In this document: one piece after another, positions 19,866-22,418 of the stretch
Numbering within the stretch: position 1 is the stretch's first letter
Layout: every line of letters begins with the position of its first letter
Origin: Verrucomicrobiales bacterium
GTDB taxonomy: Bacteria > Verrucomicrobiota > Verrucomicrobiia > Verrucomicrobiales > SLCJ01
Length of the DNA: 22,418 nt
NCBI GenBank assembly: GCA_046075565.1
Contig: JBJTQJ010000020.1
Coordinates: forward strand, 1 to 22,418
Reading direction: 5' to 3'
Notes under the pieces: model-generated
What the model was told of the DNA's origin: nothing
Seen by the model: only the letters and a program-made list of their open reading frames with translations
Databases searched by the model: none
Program-made: the position numbers and the translations under genes

Positions 19866-21754
19866 TCATGATCGGGGTTCTTTTCCCCATTGATCGAGCG
19901 TCCGATCGATGTGGGGCTTCCAAGCATCTTTTTTATCCTCGTAATCCAGAAACAAAATGTGATACCCGTCGGCGTAGAAGACCCAAAGGCTGCGGTTGCG
20001 TTGGAAGTGGGAGCGTGGAATGAGCCCCGGGCCGGGGTTCTCCCATCCGGCCGCCTGCGGACGCGCGAAGATCCGCATTTCTCCGATGGTCCAGCCTTGG
20101 GGTCGAACCACCGGATGACTGATGGCGAGCATAAAAATGGCGGCGGCAATGGTCAATCCACCCGCGATAGCACATCTTTTCCCCTGCGCTTCATCACCGG
20201 ACGCGAACCAGCGGGCGATCTGGCGGAGCCCGGCGGCAATGACCACCAATATCGCGGGCAAGGAGTAGATGGCATACCACGCGTAAATATAGTAGCCGGT
20301 GACCAGTGCATGATGCGCGACACAAACAATGCACCCGAGAATCATCGCGGTGATCACCAGGAAAACCTGACCCCGGGCCGTGCGGAAAAGCCCGAACCAA
20401 CCGATGGCGAAAAGCGCGGGCATGATCACAAGCGACCAGAGGGCCACCGGCCATGCTCGCCAGAAATCACCGAAGAGCCAAGCCCAGGCCGATGGCCATG
20501 GACCCGTCGGACTGAAAAACGGCTCGCGCGGGAACCCGAAGTGCATTCCGGTGGAAAATAAATTGTAAGAGACAACATACCAGAACGGCGGCATGACCCC
20601 GCTCTGGAAGGCGTTGTTCATGAAGGCGGCCATCTGCGGGATACCGGGCGCGAGCACGCAGAGAAAGACCACACCAGAGATCACGTTCATCACCGTCCAA
20701 CGCCCGATCCGCGCCAGTGCCGGGGCATCGCCTTTCCGCCATTGCCAGATCATGCTCCCGAGCACGGCGAAGTTCACGGCCGCAATCCCGTAGATCGCTC
20801 CGGGGAAGGCGAGCAGCGATGGCACCATGGTGCCGGCGAAGAGGGCGAAATCACGTTTCCATCCCCGTGCGAGCATTCGTCAGGCGGCAGCCATGAGGAT
20901 GGGTGTGAGGAAAAGGGTGATGCAATATGCCCGGGCCTGGATGCCAAATTCGGAAAAAAGCGGGTGCGCGGCGGCAAGCAAAGCTGCCGCGGGGGCGAGT
21001 CTCGGGAGACCGACGGCATTGAGCATCCACCAGAGGCTGGCGATGGAAAGGATACCGATGATGGCGGCGGGAGCGCGGGTGGCGACCACCGAAGATCGGC
21101 TGCGCGGAGCATCCGCCGCCGCACGCCAGATGGTGTTGCTGGTCCACGAAAGCAGGCTGAAAAGATGCGGATTGTTGCCGCGTCGGTTTTCCCAAATGGA
21201 TTCCTTCCATCCCGCTTCCACGAATTTCGGCGGTTGACCGGGTTCACTCCACTCGGTGTAGCCATGGTAATTCCGGCGGTGGTTGTCCTGCTCGTCCCAG
21301 AGGATCGAGCCATTCAGTTCCGGCACGCGAATGCCCGTGGCGAGCACGAGCGAGGCGATCAAGATGATCCAACTGACCCGGTTGGCCTGCCAACCGCTCG
21401 GCACTTGGGTTTCTTTGCCGCCTCCACGACATAACCTGACCCAGAGCGGAATCGAAATCGTGAAGAACACTGCGGTGGCGGTGATTCCGAGCGAACCGAC
21501 CCAAAATCGAAATCTATCCAATCCGGCACGCGCATCTTTTCCCGGCCTGGAGCTTCGCTATTCCCAAAAAACCGGAAGGCCTGCGCATACTTCTCCACCG
21601 ACGAGGATGGGATTCCTTCGGCGTAGATTATACGACCGATTCGCCCGTCCCAAGGATCCTTCGCCGAGCGATGGGCGAGGAAACCACCGATCAAACAGAC
21701 CAGACAGATGATGACGGCGACTCGGATGCCGCGCGGCACATTTTCGATTCGCAT
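19866..21754 (-). pseudogene. Disrupted GT-C fold (GT39/PMT_2-like) membrane glycosyltransferase, about 629 aa if repaired
   Basis: Three consecutive ORFs (21359-21754, 20880-21521, 19866-20876). Motifs LWDE, NNPHLF, RAPAAIIGILS and HP......ARAY. An in-frame TGA at 20880-20882 separates two ORFs in the same frame, and a 1-nt frameshift lies near 21537-21540. Sequencing error cannot be excluded. Confidence 0.75.
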
Positions 21755-21815
21755 GGGATTGGTTGGCTGGTTCCGGCCGAGCGGGCGAAGGGGAAACCTG
21801 GGGCTTATTCCCCCA

Positions 21816-21900
21816 TGGTGCTCGCGAGAGGACTCGAACCTCCACAGGTGTCCCTACATGAACCTGAATCATGCGCGTCTACCAATTCCGCCACGCGAGC
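21816..21900 (-). tRNA. tRNA-Leu(CAG)
   Basis: Acceptor stem GCTCGCG/CGCGAGC, D-loop GGAATTGGTAGAC, anticodon arm CATGA-TTCAGGT-TCATG, long variable arm, T-arm GGAGG-TTCGAGT-CCTCT and encoded CCA; 85 nt. Confidence 0.97.
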
Positions 21901-21965
21901 ATCGGGGCCGGAACAATGCCCTTCCAATCGATTCCGCGCAACTGGAAATTGCACCCGATCTCGGC

Positions 21966-22418
21966 TCAGACCCCGGCGGTCCGGCGCAAGGCAGAGCCGA
22001 TTTCCGCGGCCCGCTCGGGCTCGATGGCCGCTCCAACTTGACCCGCAACATACAAGTCACCAAACCGTGTGGGCACCGGAATCACCGCCATGGTGCCGGA
22101 GCCCCAGGCCGAGTGAACCGCCCGCAATGTCCCGGGAGGATCGGTCAGCGCGCAGGCCTCGCGCCAGGCCACGCCAAGGGAGACCGCCGCCGCAATGAAG
22201 GATGACTGTCCATCCGCAGGATGCAGGGGGCATCCATGACGATCAAAAACCACCGCGCGCGAGAGTCCGCATTCGCGATCCAGCCAGCGCCGGTAAGCAT
22301 CCAAGCGTACCGCCAGCGGACCATCCGGAATCACCAGACCGGTCGCCTGCGGGCGTATCCCGGGTTGCGATGGCGGAGCGGCGGGCATCTCGGTTGTCTC
22401 GACCTGTTTGGGCAACTC
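21966..22418 (-). CDS. Hypothetical protein, 5'-truncated by the window edge; C-terminal domain possibly roadblock/LAMTOR-like
   Basis: The frame is open to the window end. A Pro-rich linker precedes helix - AVVFDRHGCPL strands - helix - strands - helix. Confidence 0.6.
   Translation of the reverse strand, partial: ELPKQVETTEMPAAPPSQPGIRPQATGLVIPDGPLAVRLDAYRRWLDRECGLSRAVVFDRHGCPLHPADGQSSFIAAAVSLGVAWREACALTDPPGTLRAVHSAWGSGTMAVIPVPTRFGDLYVAGQVGAAIEPERAAEIGSALRRTAGV

Noticed and set aside
20880..20882. Selenocysteine or alternative genetic code at the in-frame TGA
   Set aside because: TGA terminates many intact genes in this window, the context suggests Trp rather than Cys, and no SECIS-like element was recognised.
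21755..21900. tRNA-anchored genomic island or prophage attachment site
   Set aside because: There is no integrase, and I found no duplicated tRNA 3' end within the window.

Overview
GC-rich bacterial DNA, most likely from the PVC superphylum (Verrucomicrobia-like), judged from gene content and from start codons that lack Shine-Dalgarno sites. (1) 289-7715 is a PVM-type (Planctomycetes/Verrucomicrobia) catabolic bacterial microcompartment locus. The minus-strand operon runs pduL phosphotransacylase, BMC-H, BMC-H, acetate-kinase-family kinase, BMC-H, BMC-P, CoA-acylating aldehyde dehydrogenase, BMC-P, BMC-P, class II aldolase, and a DeoR-family regulator is transcribed divergently. This system is already known (L-fucose/L-rhamnose catabolism via lactaldehyde). 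Points of interest in this copy are an EutQ-N-like module fused to the aldolase, a remodelled kinase active site, stem-loops 3' of the hexamer genes and a phased four-repeat operator candidate. (2) 7716-11018 holds intergenic DNA rich in REP-like hairpins, an acyltransferase-3 gene and an SbtA-family bicarbonate transporter without SbtB. (3) 11019-17383 is a galactose cluster: SSS sugar symporter, exported GH2 beta-galactosidase and galK. (4) 17508-21754 holds a GT4, a CPBP intramembrane protease and a GT-C/PMT-like glycosyltransferase gene broken by one frameshift and one in-frame TGA. (5) The window ends with tRNA-Leu(CAG) and the 3' part of a hypothetical gene with a roadblock-like C-terminus. 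No CRISPR array, transposase or prophage gene was seen. All family assignments come from motif recognition by eye; no database search was run.
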